From NCBI GenBank assembly GCA_003222295.1, contig QHVP01000038.1:4916-39342 (forward strand): a stretch of DNA of 34,427 nucleotides, in the 5' to 3' direction. This stretch comes from Acidobacteriota bacterium (GTDB lineage: Bacteria; Acidobacteriota; Vicinamibacteria; Fen-336). Positions 7,358 through 15,861 of the stretch are shown in pieces. A program made the position numbers and the translations under genes. Positions within the stretch are counted from its first letter, which is position 1, and every line of letters starts with the position of its first letter. The notes beneath the pieces are model-generated. The model worked only from the letters and a program-made list of their open reading frames with translations, had not been told where the DNA came from and searched no databases.

Positions 7358-9556
7358 ATGAGAACCCGCCGCGCCGGCCTGATCATCCCCTGTCTTCTCG
7401 CCGCCCTGCCCGCCGTCGCCGCCCCCGCCGAGGACCGACCGCGCCTCGAGCTCAAGCGCGTCGCCACTCCCCCGACCATCGACGGCCGGCTCGATGACGA
7501 GGCGTGGCAGGGCACGACCCTTTCCCTCGGCGAATGGCTGACCTACAACCCGCTCAACGGCGAGAAGCTCGCGCAGCAGACAGAGGTCCACGCCGGTTAC
7601 GACGAGCGCTACCTCTACTTCGCCTTCCACTGCGTGGACCCCGAGCCGGGCAAGGTCCGCAGCACCATCAGCCGCCGCGACAGCATGTTCGACGACGACT
7701 GGGTGGGCCTGAGCCTCGACTCCGTCGGCAACGGCCAGAGCTCGTACGACCTCTTCATCAACCCCGCGGGGGTCCAGGGCGACATCCTGACCACGCCCAG
7801 CGCGGGCGAGAACTCCGCCCCCGACTTCGTCTGGGACAGCGCCGGCCGGCGCACGCCCGAAGGCTACGACGTCGAGATGCGGATCCCCTTGACGACCATC
7901 CGATTCAAGAGCGGGCCCGAGGTGCGCATGGGCATCCTCTTCTGGCGGCGGGTGAGCCGCCTCGGCATGTCCGCGTCCTGGCCGGTCGTCCCCGCCGGCC
8001 GCAGCTTCATCGAGCGCCATGCCATGCTCGTCCTCCACGACCTCCGGCGCCCGCTCACCCTCGAGGTCACGCCCAGCGCGACCTACTCGCGCCGGCAGAC
8101 GCGCGCGACGCCGACGTCGTTCGCGCCCGCGGAGTCCAATCCCGACGCCGGACTCACCGTCAAGTACGGGATCACGTCCTCCGCGACCCTGGAGGGGACG
8201 GTCAACCCCGACTTCAGCCAGGTCGAGAGTGATGCCTTCCAGGTCCAGGTCAACCAGCGCTACCCCCTCTTCTTCTCCGAGAAGCGCCCCTTCTTCATGG
8301 AAGGGATGGGCAACTTCCAGCTGGCGGGCGTCGGCGGCGACGCGGTGATGCGCACCGCCGTGCACACGCGGCGCATCGCCGATCCCCTCTGGGGCGCGAA
8401 GACCACGGGCACCGCCGGACGGGTCGGCTTCGGGATCCTGGCCGCCGGCGACGAGGCCCCCGGCCACCAGCTCGAAGGCGAGCCGAACCCCTTCCTGGGC
8501 GAGCGGCGCGACTTCTTCATCGCGCGCAGCCAGCTCAGCCTCGGCCGCTCGAGCTACGTCGGCGGGATCCTCACCGACACCGAGTTCGGCACCGGCCACA
8601 ACCGGGTCGGCGGTGCGGACGTGTCGCTGCGCTTCGGGCAGCAGGGCGCGAGCGGGACGTTCCTCGCGACCACGACCGTCTCTCCCGACGGGCGCGACAG
8701 CAAGAGCGGCCTGGGCGGGCAGGCGACGTACTCGTTCGAGAACAAGCGCGTCGTCGTCATCTCGCAGATGGAGCACTACGACCGCGGGTTCCAGATGGAC
8801 ACCGCGTTCCTCAACCAGGTCGGCATCACCCAGGGCTGGAGCTACGTCGCGCCGAGCTTCTATCCCGACGCCAAGAAGCATCCCTGGTTCAAGCGGTTCG
8901 TGCCGTTCGTGTTCGCGCAGTACGGCCACGACCGCATCCAGGGCGGCGGGAAGTGGATCGTCGTCCCCGGCGTGCGCATGCACTTCACGCGGCAGGGCTT
9001 CCTGCGCATCGACGGCCTGGTCGGGCAGGAGCCGTGGGTGCAGCGAACGTTCGACATCCGCAACGTGCGGGCCATCGGCCAGGCGCAGTTCACGCGTTGG
9101 CTCAGCGTGTACGCGCAGGCGAGCCGCGGCCGCTCGATCTTCTACGACGAAGTCGATCCCTACCTCGGCCGCAATCGCGCCTACAGCGCCCAGGTGAGCC
9201 TGCAGCCCAGCGCCCGCTTCAACCAGGCGTTGAGCTACGACCGCGTGGAATTCGACCGGATCCGCGACGGCTCACGCGTCTACACCGTGAACATCCTCAA
9301 CACCAAGACGACCTTCCAGCTCAACCGCCACTTCTTCCTGCGCGCGCTCGTGCAGTACGACAGCTCCCGCGAGACGGTGCTCACCGATCTCCTGGCTTCC
9401 TGGGAGCTGCTGCCGGGGACGGTCGCCTATGCCGGGTACGGCTCGCTGATCGAGCGCCAGGACTGGGACGGCCAGCGGTTCATCCCCGCCGCGGGCTCCT
9501 ACCGCACGGCGGAGCGCGGGCTGTTCTTCAAGGCGGCGTACGTGCACCGGTTCTGA
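7358..9556 (+). CDS. DUF5916 / CBM9-like domain outer-membrane protein
   Basis: Signal peptide MRTRRAGLIIPCLLAALPAVAAPA. CBM9-like N-terminus PPTIDGRLDDEAWQG...YDERYLYFAFHCVD...RRDSMFDDDWVGLSLD...INPAGVQGD. Long beta-rich C-terminus ending ...AAYVHRF, where a terminal aromatic residue is typical of OM barrels. Confidence 0.8.
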   Translation: MRTRRAGLIIPCLLAALPAVAAPAEDRPRLELKRVATPPTIDGRLDDEAWQGTTLSLGEWLTYNPLNGEKLAQQTEVHAGYDERYLYFAFHCVDPEPGKVRSTISRRDSMFDDDWVGLSLDSVGNGQSSYDLFINPAGVQGDILTTPSAGENSAPDFVWDSAGRRTPEGYDVEMRIPLTTIRFKSGPEVRMGILFWRRVSRLGMSASWPVVPAGRSFIERHAMLVLHDLRRPLTLEVTPSATYSRRQTRATPTSFAPAESNPDAGLTVKYGITSSATLEGTVNPDFSQVESDAFQVQVNQRYPLFFSEKRPFFMEGMGNFQLAGVGGDAVMRTAVHTRRIADPLWGAKTTGTAGRVGFGILAAGDEAPGHQLEGEPNPFLGERRDFFIARSQLSLGRSSYVGGILTDTEFGTGHNRVGGADVSLRFGQQGASGTFLATTTVSPDGRDSKSGLGGQATYSFENKRVVVISQMEHYDRGFQMDTAFLNQVGITQGWSYVAPSFYPDAKKHPWFKRFVPFVFAQYGHDRIQGGGKWIVVPGVRMHFTRQGFLRIDGLVGQEPWVQRTFDIRNVRAIGQAQFTRWLSVYAQASRGRSIFYDEVDPYLGRNRAYSAQVSLQPSARFNQALSYDRVEFDRIRDGSRVYTVNILNTKTTFQLNRHFFLRALVQYDSSRETVLTDLLASWELLPGTVAYAGYGSLIERQDWDGQRFIPAAGSYRTAERGLFFKAAYVHRF

Positions 9557-10151
9557 GGCCCGCGCGCGTGTAGGTGATCCGCATCCCCAACGACTCCTTG
9601 CCGTCGGGCCCCACGTTGAACATGGAGAAGACGCGGGTATTGGGGTCCGTCATGGTCACGGTGGACCTCATCTTCGACACCTTGCCCGTCAAGTCCGGGC
9701 CGGTGATCCAGCCGTTCATCGTCTTGCTGGCGGCGTCGTGGGTGCTCTCGGTCGTCGAGAGGCCGGTGGACATGGAGTCCACCCAGCTCCCGACGTACTT
9801 CTTCTTGCCCATGTCATAGGTCTCGGTGCCGTGGCCTTCGAACGGGGTGGGCGGCGCGGACGGCGGCCCCATGACGAACGAGCCCTTGAAGTCTGAGATC
9901 AGGCACAGGCCGCCGCAGCCGACGCGGCTGATTTCGGTGCCATTGGAGACGGCCGGCGGGGCTCCGGGCACCATGAAGGACTCGACCTTCGCGTCCCAGG
10001 TCCCGGCCACATCCTTGAACATCGCATGCTCGGGGCCGGGCTTGGGCAGCGGCGGCATCTGCGGAGCGGCTGGCTTGTCCTGCGCCAGGGCCGGCGTGAT
10101 CACAGCCAGGACGACCGTACAGGCGACGATGAACGTCTCCAGTCTTTTCAC
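9528..10151 (-). CDS. DUF1579 domain-containing secreted protein
   Basis: The GTG at 10151 is preceded by AGGAGG with a 6-nt spacer. Signal peptide VKRLETFIVACTVVLAVITPALAQ. The core ...GTWDAKVESFM...GGLCLISDFKG...FEGHGTETYDMGKKKYVGSWVDSMS... resembles DUF1579. The 3' end overlaps the convergent DUF5916 gene by 29 nt. Confidence 0.8.
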   Translation of the reverse strand: MKRLETFIVACTVVLAVITPALAQDKPAAPQMPPLPKPGPEHAMFKDVAGTWDAKVESFMVPGAPPAVSNGTEISRVGCGGLCLISDFKGSFVMGPPSAPPTPFEGHGTETYDMGKKKYVGSWVDSMSTGLSTTESTHDAASKTMNGWITGPDLTGKVSKMRSTVTMTDPNTRVFSMFNVGPDGKESLGMRITYTRAGLRTGARTPP

Positions 10152-10278
10152 TTCAGACCTCCTGCTCGTGGATCTTCCGATTCTTTCCAAGGGAGAAGGA
10201 CCGGGCAAGGGCCCGCAGTCAGAAATCCGCTCGCCGCGGCCGCCTCGCCCCATCCGTCCCGGGACGGATCAGCGGGCG

Positions 10279-10764
10279 TTAGGCGCCCATGTGCCGCCTC
10301 AACCGGCGCCGGATGCCCATCCAGTAGGAGACGTAGTAGCCGAGCACGACCGCTCCCGCGGCCAGCGAACCCGCCACGCCGAAGGCGGCAAGCCAGGGCG
10401 TGTCGACGGGCGCGTGACGCCACGAATGCCAGCCGCGCCAGAGCCCAAAGAGCACGCGCGCGGTGACGACGAGGGTCACGGCGAAGACCAGCCAGCGGTT
10501 GGGCGTGTAGTGGAGTGACTGCGGAGCGCGCTCCCAGCGGCTGAGCCACAAGCCGATGATACCGAGGGCGAACCCACCCAGAAGACCGAGCAGCGAGTAG
10601 AGGAACGCATGCGGCACCCAGATGCTCGTCAAGGCCGCGCCCATCATGAAGAGCGAGGTCGAAATGGCGAGGGCCACGAGGTTGAGGACCGCGACCCAGC
10701 CCCGGGCCTGCCGACGCGCCGTGCCCGCGCGGTAGCGGAGCACGAGCGACAACGGCATGAGCAC
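10279..10764 (-). CDS. Integral membrane protein (about 4 TM), 5' end uncertain
   Basis: Hydrophobic segments WVAVLNLVALAISTSLFMMGAAL, FLYSLLGLLGGFALGIIGLWL, WLVFAVTLVVTARVLF and WLAAFGVAGSLAAGAVVLGYYV. The frame stays open upstream and encodes another TM-like stretch (IAGAIIGVTPLILLAVALALAPIV) with no canonical start codon. See the finding on the out-of-frame ATG at 10901. Confidence 0.55.
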   Translation of the reverse strand: MLMPLSLVLRYRAGTARRQARGWVAVLNLVALAISTSLFMMGAALTSIWVPHAFLYSLLGLLGGFALGIIGLWLSRWERAPQSLHYTPNRWLVFAVTLVVTARVLFGLWRGWHSWRHAPVDTPWLAAFGVAGSLAAGAVVLGYYVSYWMGIRRRLRRHMGA

Positions 10765-10978
10765 GATCGGCGCAAGGGCGAGGGCGACGGCAAGGAGGAT
10801 GAGAGGCGTGACGCCGATTATCGCCCCGGCGATCGTGGTCTCGGCACGGCGCCGCTCGAAGTCGGCCGGTGGCGTGCTCAGAAACGTGCTGGGGCAGCCA
10901 TGACTTCCGTCTCCTCCCGGTACTAGACTCGAAGCAACTGACCGCCGCTGACAACTGACCGTGCCGAAGGAGGTCCCG

Positions 10979-13900
10979 ATGAGCGCGAGACAACGGGGGG
11001 CCCTTCATCTCCTGCCGACGCTGGCCGTCCTGGCCGGCCTCTCCATGTGGCCCGCTCCCGCCGCCGCCCAGAACGTGAGCGCGACCGTTCGCGGCACGGT
11101 GACTGACGACGCCGGCGCCGTTCTGCCCGCGGTGCAGGTCACCGTGCGCAACCTCGCCACCGGCGCCGCCCACGAGCGAGCCACGGATGCGACGGGGAGC
11201 TACACGGTGCCGCTTCTCCCCCCCGGCGAGTACGAGGTCCACTTCGCGCTGGCCGGATTCCAGGGCGTGGCGCGCCGCGGGATCAGGCTCACCGTCGGCC
11301 AGGACGCGGTCGTGACTGTGAGGCTCCAGATCGGCCAGCGCTCGGAGGAACTGGTCGTGCAGGCCAACGCCTCCGAGGTCAACCTGACCTCGGGCGCGGT
11401 GAGCGGGCTGGTGGGCGAGCAGCAGATCCGCGAGCTCCCCCTCAACGGCCGCTCGTTCCAGCAGCTCGCGCTCCTCCAGCCCGGCGTCAACGCCGCCCTC
11501 GCCGCGGGCAACGACGTCATCGGGGGGCGCACGCCCAAGATCTCGATCAACGGCGCGCGCCCCGAGCAGAACAACTTCCTGCTCGACGGCACCGACATCA
11601 ACAACGTCTACAACAAGACGCCGGGCTCGGCCGGCGGCGTGCTCCTCGGGGTGGAGGCGGTGCTCGAGTTCCAGGTCCTCACCAACGCCTACTCCGCGGA
11701 GTTCGGCCGCTCCGCGGGCGGAGTGATCAACGCCGTCACCCGCGCGGGCACGAACGCCTTCCACGGCTCCGCCTTCGAGTTCCACCGCAACTCCGCCCTC
11801 GACGCCAAGAACTTCTTCGACCCCGCCAGCCAGCCCAAGCCGGACTTCAAGCGCCACCAGTTCGGGGCCACCCTCGGCGGCCCCCTGCGCAAGGACCGCA
11901 CGTTCTTCTTCCTGGCCTACGAGGGCTTCGTCGAGCGGCTCGGCGTCACCGGGGTCACCGCCGTCCCCGACGACGACGCGCGGCGGGGGATCCTGCCCGG
12001 CGGGCGTTCCGTCACCCTCCATCCCGCGATACCGGCCTACCTCGACACGCTGTTCGCGCACGCCAACGGACGACCCTTGGGGGGAGGCGCCGCCGAGTAC
12101 CTCTTCTCCGGCACCCAGCCTACGGACGAGCACTTCGTCCAGGGCCGCATCGATCACCGTCTCTCCACCCGCGACACGCTCTTCGGCCGCGTCACCTACG
12201 ACAACGGCGACGTGACCCGCATCCCGCCCAACAAGCCCCCCATCTCGACCCAGGTGGAGAAGACGCGGAACACCTACGTCACCCTCGAGCACCAGCACAC
12301 CTTCTCGCCCGCGCTGCTCAACATGCTGCGCGTGGGGCTCAACCGGTCCGTCTCGCTCGCGGACAACCACCGGACCATCGACATTCCGCCCTCGATGTCC
12401 TGGATCCCGGGCGACCCCTTCGGCTACCTCACGATCCAGGGCCTCGTCACCGAGATGGCGGGCGACTTCCGCCTGCCCCGCAACGACCGGCTCAACAACT
12501 GGCAGCTCGGTGACACCGTGCTCCTCACGCGCGGCCGGCACTCCGCGCGCGCCGGCGTCCAGACGCAGTACCTGCAGTTCAACCAGAACACGACCAGCCA
12601 GGTGGGCGGAATCGTGGTCTTCACGAACCTCGAGAACTTCCTCCAGGGCCGCGCCGCCAACGTGGACTTCGCGGTCCCGGGCAAGATCGATCCGGACCGC
12701 AGGTATCGGCAATGGCTGTTCGCGGCCTTCGTGCAGGACGACGTCCGGCTGTCATCGCGTCTGACCGCGAACGTCGGGCTGCGCTACGAGCTGGTCACCA
12801 CGCCCACGGAGGCGGACGGCAAGATCTCGAACCTCCGTAACGTGACGGACCGCGAGCTCACCGTCGGCGGGGCCTGGCACCGTAACCCGTCGCTGCGGAA
12901 CTTCGCCCCGCGCCTGGGCCTGGCCTGGGACCCCTTCGGGACGGGCAAGACGTCGGTGCGCGCGGGCTTCGGCGTTTTCTACGACGAGATCCTGCCCAAG
13001 TACTACTTCTTCTCGGGCAGCCTCAACCCGCCCTTCACGACGCGGACCACGATCATCAATCCACCCCTTCCGAACGTGCTGGCGAACTTCAACCCCAACG
13101 CGCCCATCCGCGCGCAGCTCCAGACGGTGGACTACGACCTCCAGACGCCCTACATCATGCAGTTCAACCTCAGCCTGCAGCGGTCGCTGCCGGGAGACTT
13201 CGACGTCACCGTGGCCTACGTGGGCTCGCGCGGAAACAACCTGCTCCGGTTGGGCGACGCGAACCTCGCCCCGGAGTCGATCGTCAACGGAGTCAAGGTC
13301 TACCAGCCCGCGGCGGGCCGGCGCAACCCAAGCTTCGCGGGCATCTGGCAGCGGGTCACCGACGCGGAGTCCTTCTACAACTCGGCCCAGCTCAGCCTGC
13401 AGAAGCGCTTCACGCACGGCTGGCGGGCGCAGCTCTCCTACACCTTCTCGCGCTCGGTGGACGATTCGAGCGGCATCAACTCGCAGGACTTCAGCAACGT
13501 CGTGCAGTACGGGATGGACTGGTACGACCCGCTGCGCGACCGCGGCCTGTCCGCTTTCCAGGCCAAGCACAACCTGACCTTCAACGGCACCTGGGACCTG
13601 CCGTTCGCGCGGCAGAGCCGCGGCCTCCCCGCCGCCCTCCTGAAGGGGTGGCAGCTCAACAACATCACCACCGTGCGCTCGGGCCATCCCTTCACGGTCG
13701 AGCTGGGCTTCAACCGCTCGGGCAACCTGAACACTACCAGCTTCTCGCGGCACGAGCGCCCCGACCTCAAGCCGGGGTGTTCCAATAATCCCGTCCTGGG
13801 CGGCCCCGACCGCTATTGGGACATCAACTGCTTCCAGCTCCAGCCGGTGAACACGCGGGGCGACCTCGGACGCAACACGCTGATCGGGCCCTCTCTCGTC

Positions 13901-14137
13901 TCCGTCGACCTGTCGCTGCTCAAGTCCTTCGCGCTGGGCGGGGACAAGTCGCTGCAGCTCCGCGTCGAATGTTTCAACCTGCCGAACCATCCGAACTTTG
14001 CGGTGCCGTCCGGGCGCATCGCGTTCACCGGCGTGGCCGCGGATGGCTCGGCGATCGTGGCCCCGACCTGGGGTCGCATCACCTCCACCGTCACCACGTC
14101 GCGGCAGATCCAGCTCGGGGTCAAGCTCGCGTTCTGA
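10979..14137 (+). CDS. TonB-dependent receptor with N-terminal carboxypeptidase-regulatory-like domain
   Basis: GAAGGAGG lies 5 nt upstream of the ATG at 10979. Signal peptide ...LSMWPAPAAAQN. CarboxypepD_reg-like VRGTVTDDAGAVLPAVQVTVRNLATGAAHERATDATGSYTVPLLPPGEYEV. Plug-like region ELPLNGRSFQQLALLQPGV. About 1050 aa ending in QLGVKLAF. Confidence 0.9.
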   Translation: MSARQRGALHLLPTLAVLAGLSMWPAPAAAQNVSATVRGTVTDDAGAVLPAVQVTVRNLATGAAHERATDATGSYTVPLLPPGEYEVHFALAGFQGVARRGIRLTVGQDAVVTVRLQIGQRSEELVVQANASEVNLTSGAVSGLVGEQQIRELPLNGRSFQQLALLQPGVNAALAAGNDVIGGRTPKISINGARPEQNNFLLDGTDINNVYNKTPGSAGGVLLGVEAVLEFQVLTNAYSAEFGRSAGGVINAVTRAGTNAFHGSAFEFHRNSALDAKNFFDPASQPKPDFKRHQFGATLGGPLRKDRTFFFLAYEGFVERLGVTGVTAVPDDDARRGILPGGRSVTLHPAIPAYLDTLFAHANGRPLGGGAAEYLFSGTQPTDEHFVQGRIDHRLSTRDTLFGRVTYDNGDVTRIPPNKPPISTQVEKTRNTYVTLEHQHTFSPALLNMLRVGLNRSVSLADNHRTIDIPPSMSWIPGDPFGYLTIQGLVTEMAGDFRLPRNDRLNNWQLGDTVLLTRGRHSARAGVQTQYLQFNQNTTSQVGGIVVFTNLENFLQGRAANVDFAVPGKIDPDRRYRQWLFAAFVQDDVRLSSRLTANVGLRYELVTTPTEADGKISNLRNVTDRELTVGGAWHRNPSLRNFAPRLGLAWDPFGTGKTSVRAGFGVFYDEILPKYYFFSGSLNPPFTTRTTIINPPLPNVLANFNPNAPIRAQLQTVDYDLQTPYIMQFNLSLQRSLPGDFDVTVAYVGSRGNNLLRLGDANLAPESIVNGVKVYQPAAGRRNPSFAGIWQRVTDAESFYNSAQLSLQKRFTHGWRAQLSYTFSRSVDDSSGINSQDFSNVVQYGMDWYDPLRDRGLSAFQAKHNLTFNGTWDLPFARQSRGLPAALLKGWQLNNITTVRSGHPFTVELGFNRSGNLNTTSFSRHERPDLKPGCSNNPVLGGPDRYWDINCFQLQPVNTRGDLGRNTLIGPSLVSVDLSLLKSFALGGDKSLQLRVECFNLPNHPNFAVPSGRIAFTGVAADGSAIVAPTWGRITSTVTTSRQIQLGVKLAF

Positions 14138-14166
14138 GTTAAAATCCCCCGCGCTCTCGCCGCTCC

Positions 14167-14328
14167 ATGTCGAACCTCATCGTCGGAAGCGTCACGCCGA
14201 CCACCGCGCGCATCTGGGTGCGCGGGGAGAAGAAGAAGTACGCGCGGGCGAGCCGGCGCGCCTCTTGGGAGATCCACCGGACGAAGCTGGACCTGCCGCC
14301 CCCCCTGAGCGGGAGCTTCGTCCTCTAG
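14167..14328 (+). pseudogene. Possible relic of a PhoD-like/metallophosphatase N-terminal domain (53-codon ORF)
   Basis: MSNLIVGSVTPTTARIWVRGEKK... resembles the first beta-sandwich strands of PhoD-like phosphatases (G.VT..SA.IW.R). The ORF stops after 53 codons with no continuation in any frame before the next gene. This is a weak assignment. Confidence 0.2.
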
Positions 14329-14339
14329 GCAGTGGCGGC

Positions 14340-15461
14340 ATGAAGCGCCTTCTCTCGGCCGTCCTCGCCCTCGCCCTCTCCTCCTGCGTCTCGCCCCGGA
14401 CGTGCACCACGCTCGTCCCGGAGCCTCCGTACGACAAGGACGCCGTGCAGGTCACGTTCCTCGGCGTAGGCGGCCTGATCATCCGGTGGCAGGGCGCGGC
14501 GGTGATGGCGGCTCCGCTCTACTCGAACCCGACGATCGGCGAGATCGCGCTCAGCGAGATCCACACCGACCGCCAGCGCATCGACGCGCTGATGCGCGAG
14601 GACGTGTCGGGCGTGCGCGCGATCTTCCTGGGGCACGCGCACTACGACCATCTGATGGACGTGCCCTACGTGGCCCTTCACAAGGCGAAGGAGGCGGACG
14701 TCGTCGGCAACAACGCGATGGTCAAGCTGCTGGACCCGATCAAGGGGACGCTGGGCCCGCAACAGAAGCTGGTATCCCTCGAAAGCCCGTCGCCGGCGTC
14801 CTACGACGTGCCGCAGACCCGGTTCCGGATCCGCGCCGTCGTCTCCCAGCATTCGCCCCAGATCGGGCCCCGACTGATCGGCTGGCTGCCGCGGCTCCTC
14901 GGCCTCTTCATCCATTTCCCGCGGGTCACGCTATGGCGCGGGGAGGACGAGCAGCCGGCGAAGGAGCTGCCGGTGCGGGCGGGCACCTGGACGGCGGGGA
15001 CGACGCAGGCCTTCGTCATCGAGCTCCTCGACAGGGACGGTACGGTCGCGTTCCGCGTCTACTACCAGGACTCGCCGACGATCCCGCCCTACGGTTATCC
15101 CGACTGGCCGAAGAGCTCGAGCACGTACGACCTCGCGATCCTCTGCCTGGGCGGCGCGACGGAGTACAAGGCTTTCCCCCGCGACATCGTCCGCTACCTC
15201 GCTCCCACCTACGTCATGGGAATCCACTGGGAGAACTTCTTCGACCCGCGGCCCATGCCGACTCCGGGAGCGACGAGAGTGACGGAGAAGATCCACTTCG
15301 CACCTGGGGTCAAGGAGGGCCGGTTCCTGAGCGCGGTGCGCGACGCCCAGCCGTCCGGCGGGCGGGCGATCGTCCCCTGCCCGGACAAGGTGGCGAGGTT
15401 CCGGAAGGGTCCCCACGGTTGGCAGCTCGAAGACGGCGAAGGGTGGAGCAGGAATCGGTGA
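14340..15461 (+). CDS. MBL-fold metallo-hydrolase lipoprotein
   Basis: Lipobox signal MKRLLSAVLALALSSC. The metallo-beta-lactamase HxHxDH motif is FLGHAHYDHLMD. The track ORF from 13998 is an upstream extension that overlaps the receptor gene. Confidence 0.8.
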   Translation: MKRLLSAVLALALSSCVSPRTCTTLVPEPPYDKDAVQVTFLGVGGLIIRWQGAAVMAAPLYSNPTIGEIALSEIHTDRQRIDALMREDVSGVRAIFLGHAHYDHLMDVPYVALHKAKEADVVGNNAMVKLLDPIKGTLGPQQKLVSLESPSPASYDVPQTRFRIRAVVSQHSPQIGPRLIGWLPRLLGLFIHFPRVTLWRGEDEQPAKELPVRAGTWTAGTTQAFVIELLDRDGTVAFRVYYQDSPTIPPYGYPDWPKSSSTYDLAILCLGGATEYKAFPRDIVRYLAPTYVMGIHWENFFDPRPMPTPGATRVTEKIHFAPGVKEGRFLSAVRDAQPSGGRAIVPCPDKVARFRKGPHGWQLEDGEGWSRNR

Positions 15462-15507
15462 GAGCCTGTATATGTATGACATCCCGACGTCGAAAGGCAG
15501 GCGCACG

Positions 15508-15774
15508 ATGTCCCGCCCCCGCAAGACCTCCGTGGTCGTGACACCCAGGGTGTCTTCTGGCCTCAGCCGGCGTATCGAACGAGAGGCTCGTCGTCGACGG
15601 CACACAAAGAGCGAGGTCGTGAGGAAGATCCTCGAGGCCGCCCTGACCACCAGCGAGGCCGCGGATCCGAGCGATGAAGCCCGTCGTCAGTCGCTGCTCG
15701 TCAGCGGGCGCCGATCGGAGAAGGAGGCCCTCCGCTTCGTCGAGCACGCCGGAGACCAACGCGGGTGGCGATGA
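15508..15774 (+). CDS. Ribbon-helix-helix (CopG-family) type II antitoxin
   Basis: MSRPRKTSVVVTPRVSSGLSRRIEREARRRRHTKSEVVRKILEAAL has the RHH strand-helix-helix pattern. The acidic/Trp C-terminal tail ...FVEHAGDQRGWR is typical of toxin-neutralising tails. The stop overlaps the next ATG (ATGA). Confidence 0.65.
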   Translation: MSRPRKTSVVVTPRVSSGLSRRIEREARRRRHTKSEVVRKILEAALTTSEAADPSDEARRQSLLVSGRRSEKEALRFVEHAGDQRGWR

Positions 15775-15815
15775 AGCGCGGCGCCATCGTCGTGGTCGCG
15801 GCCAAGGGTGCCTAG
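15771..15815 (+). pseudogene. 14-codon relic of a PemK/MazF-family toxin
   Basis: MKRGAIVVVAAKGA* matches the conserved PemK/MazF N-terminus (MKRGDIV.V...GDYGKPRP). It terminates at TAG where the GDYGKPRP loop should begin. Downstream frames show no MazF-like sequence before the convergent gene ends at 15862. Confidence 0.4.
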
Positions 15816-15861
15816 CGTCGATGAAGGGCTGCGGCGGTGGCTCGGACTGGAGTGATGCCCC

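Noticed and set aside
9528-9556. 29-nt convergent overlap of the DUF5916 and DUF1579 coding regions as a regulatory feature
   Set aside because: It is most simply explained by the DUF1579 ORF running a few non-conserved codons past its domain end (…ITYTRAGLRTGARTPP) before it meets a stop in GC-rich sequence. There is no evidence of function.
10148-12712. 854-aa ORF on the minus strand
   Set aside because: It is antisense to the TonB-dependent receptor. Its Arg/Gly/Val/Asp/Glu-rich low-information composition is typical of shadow frames in high-GC DNA, and it has no motifs. The receptor frame has clear domain signatures.
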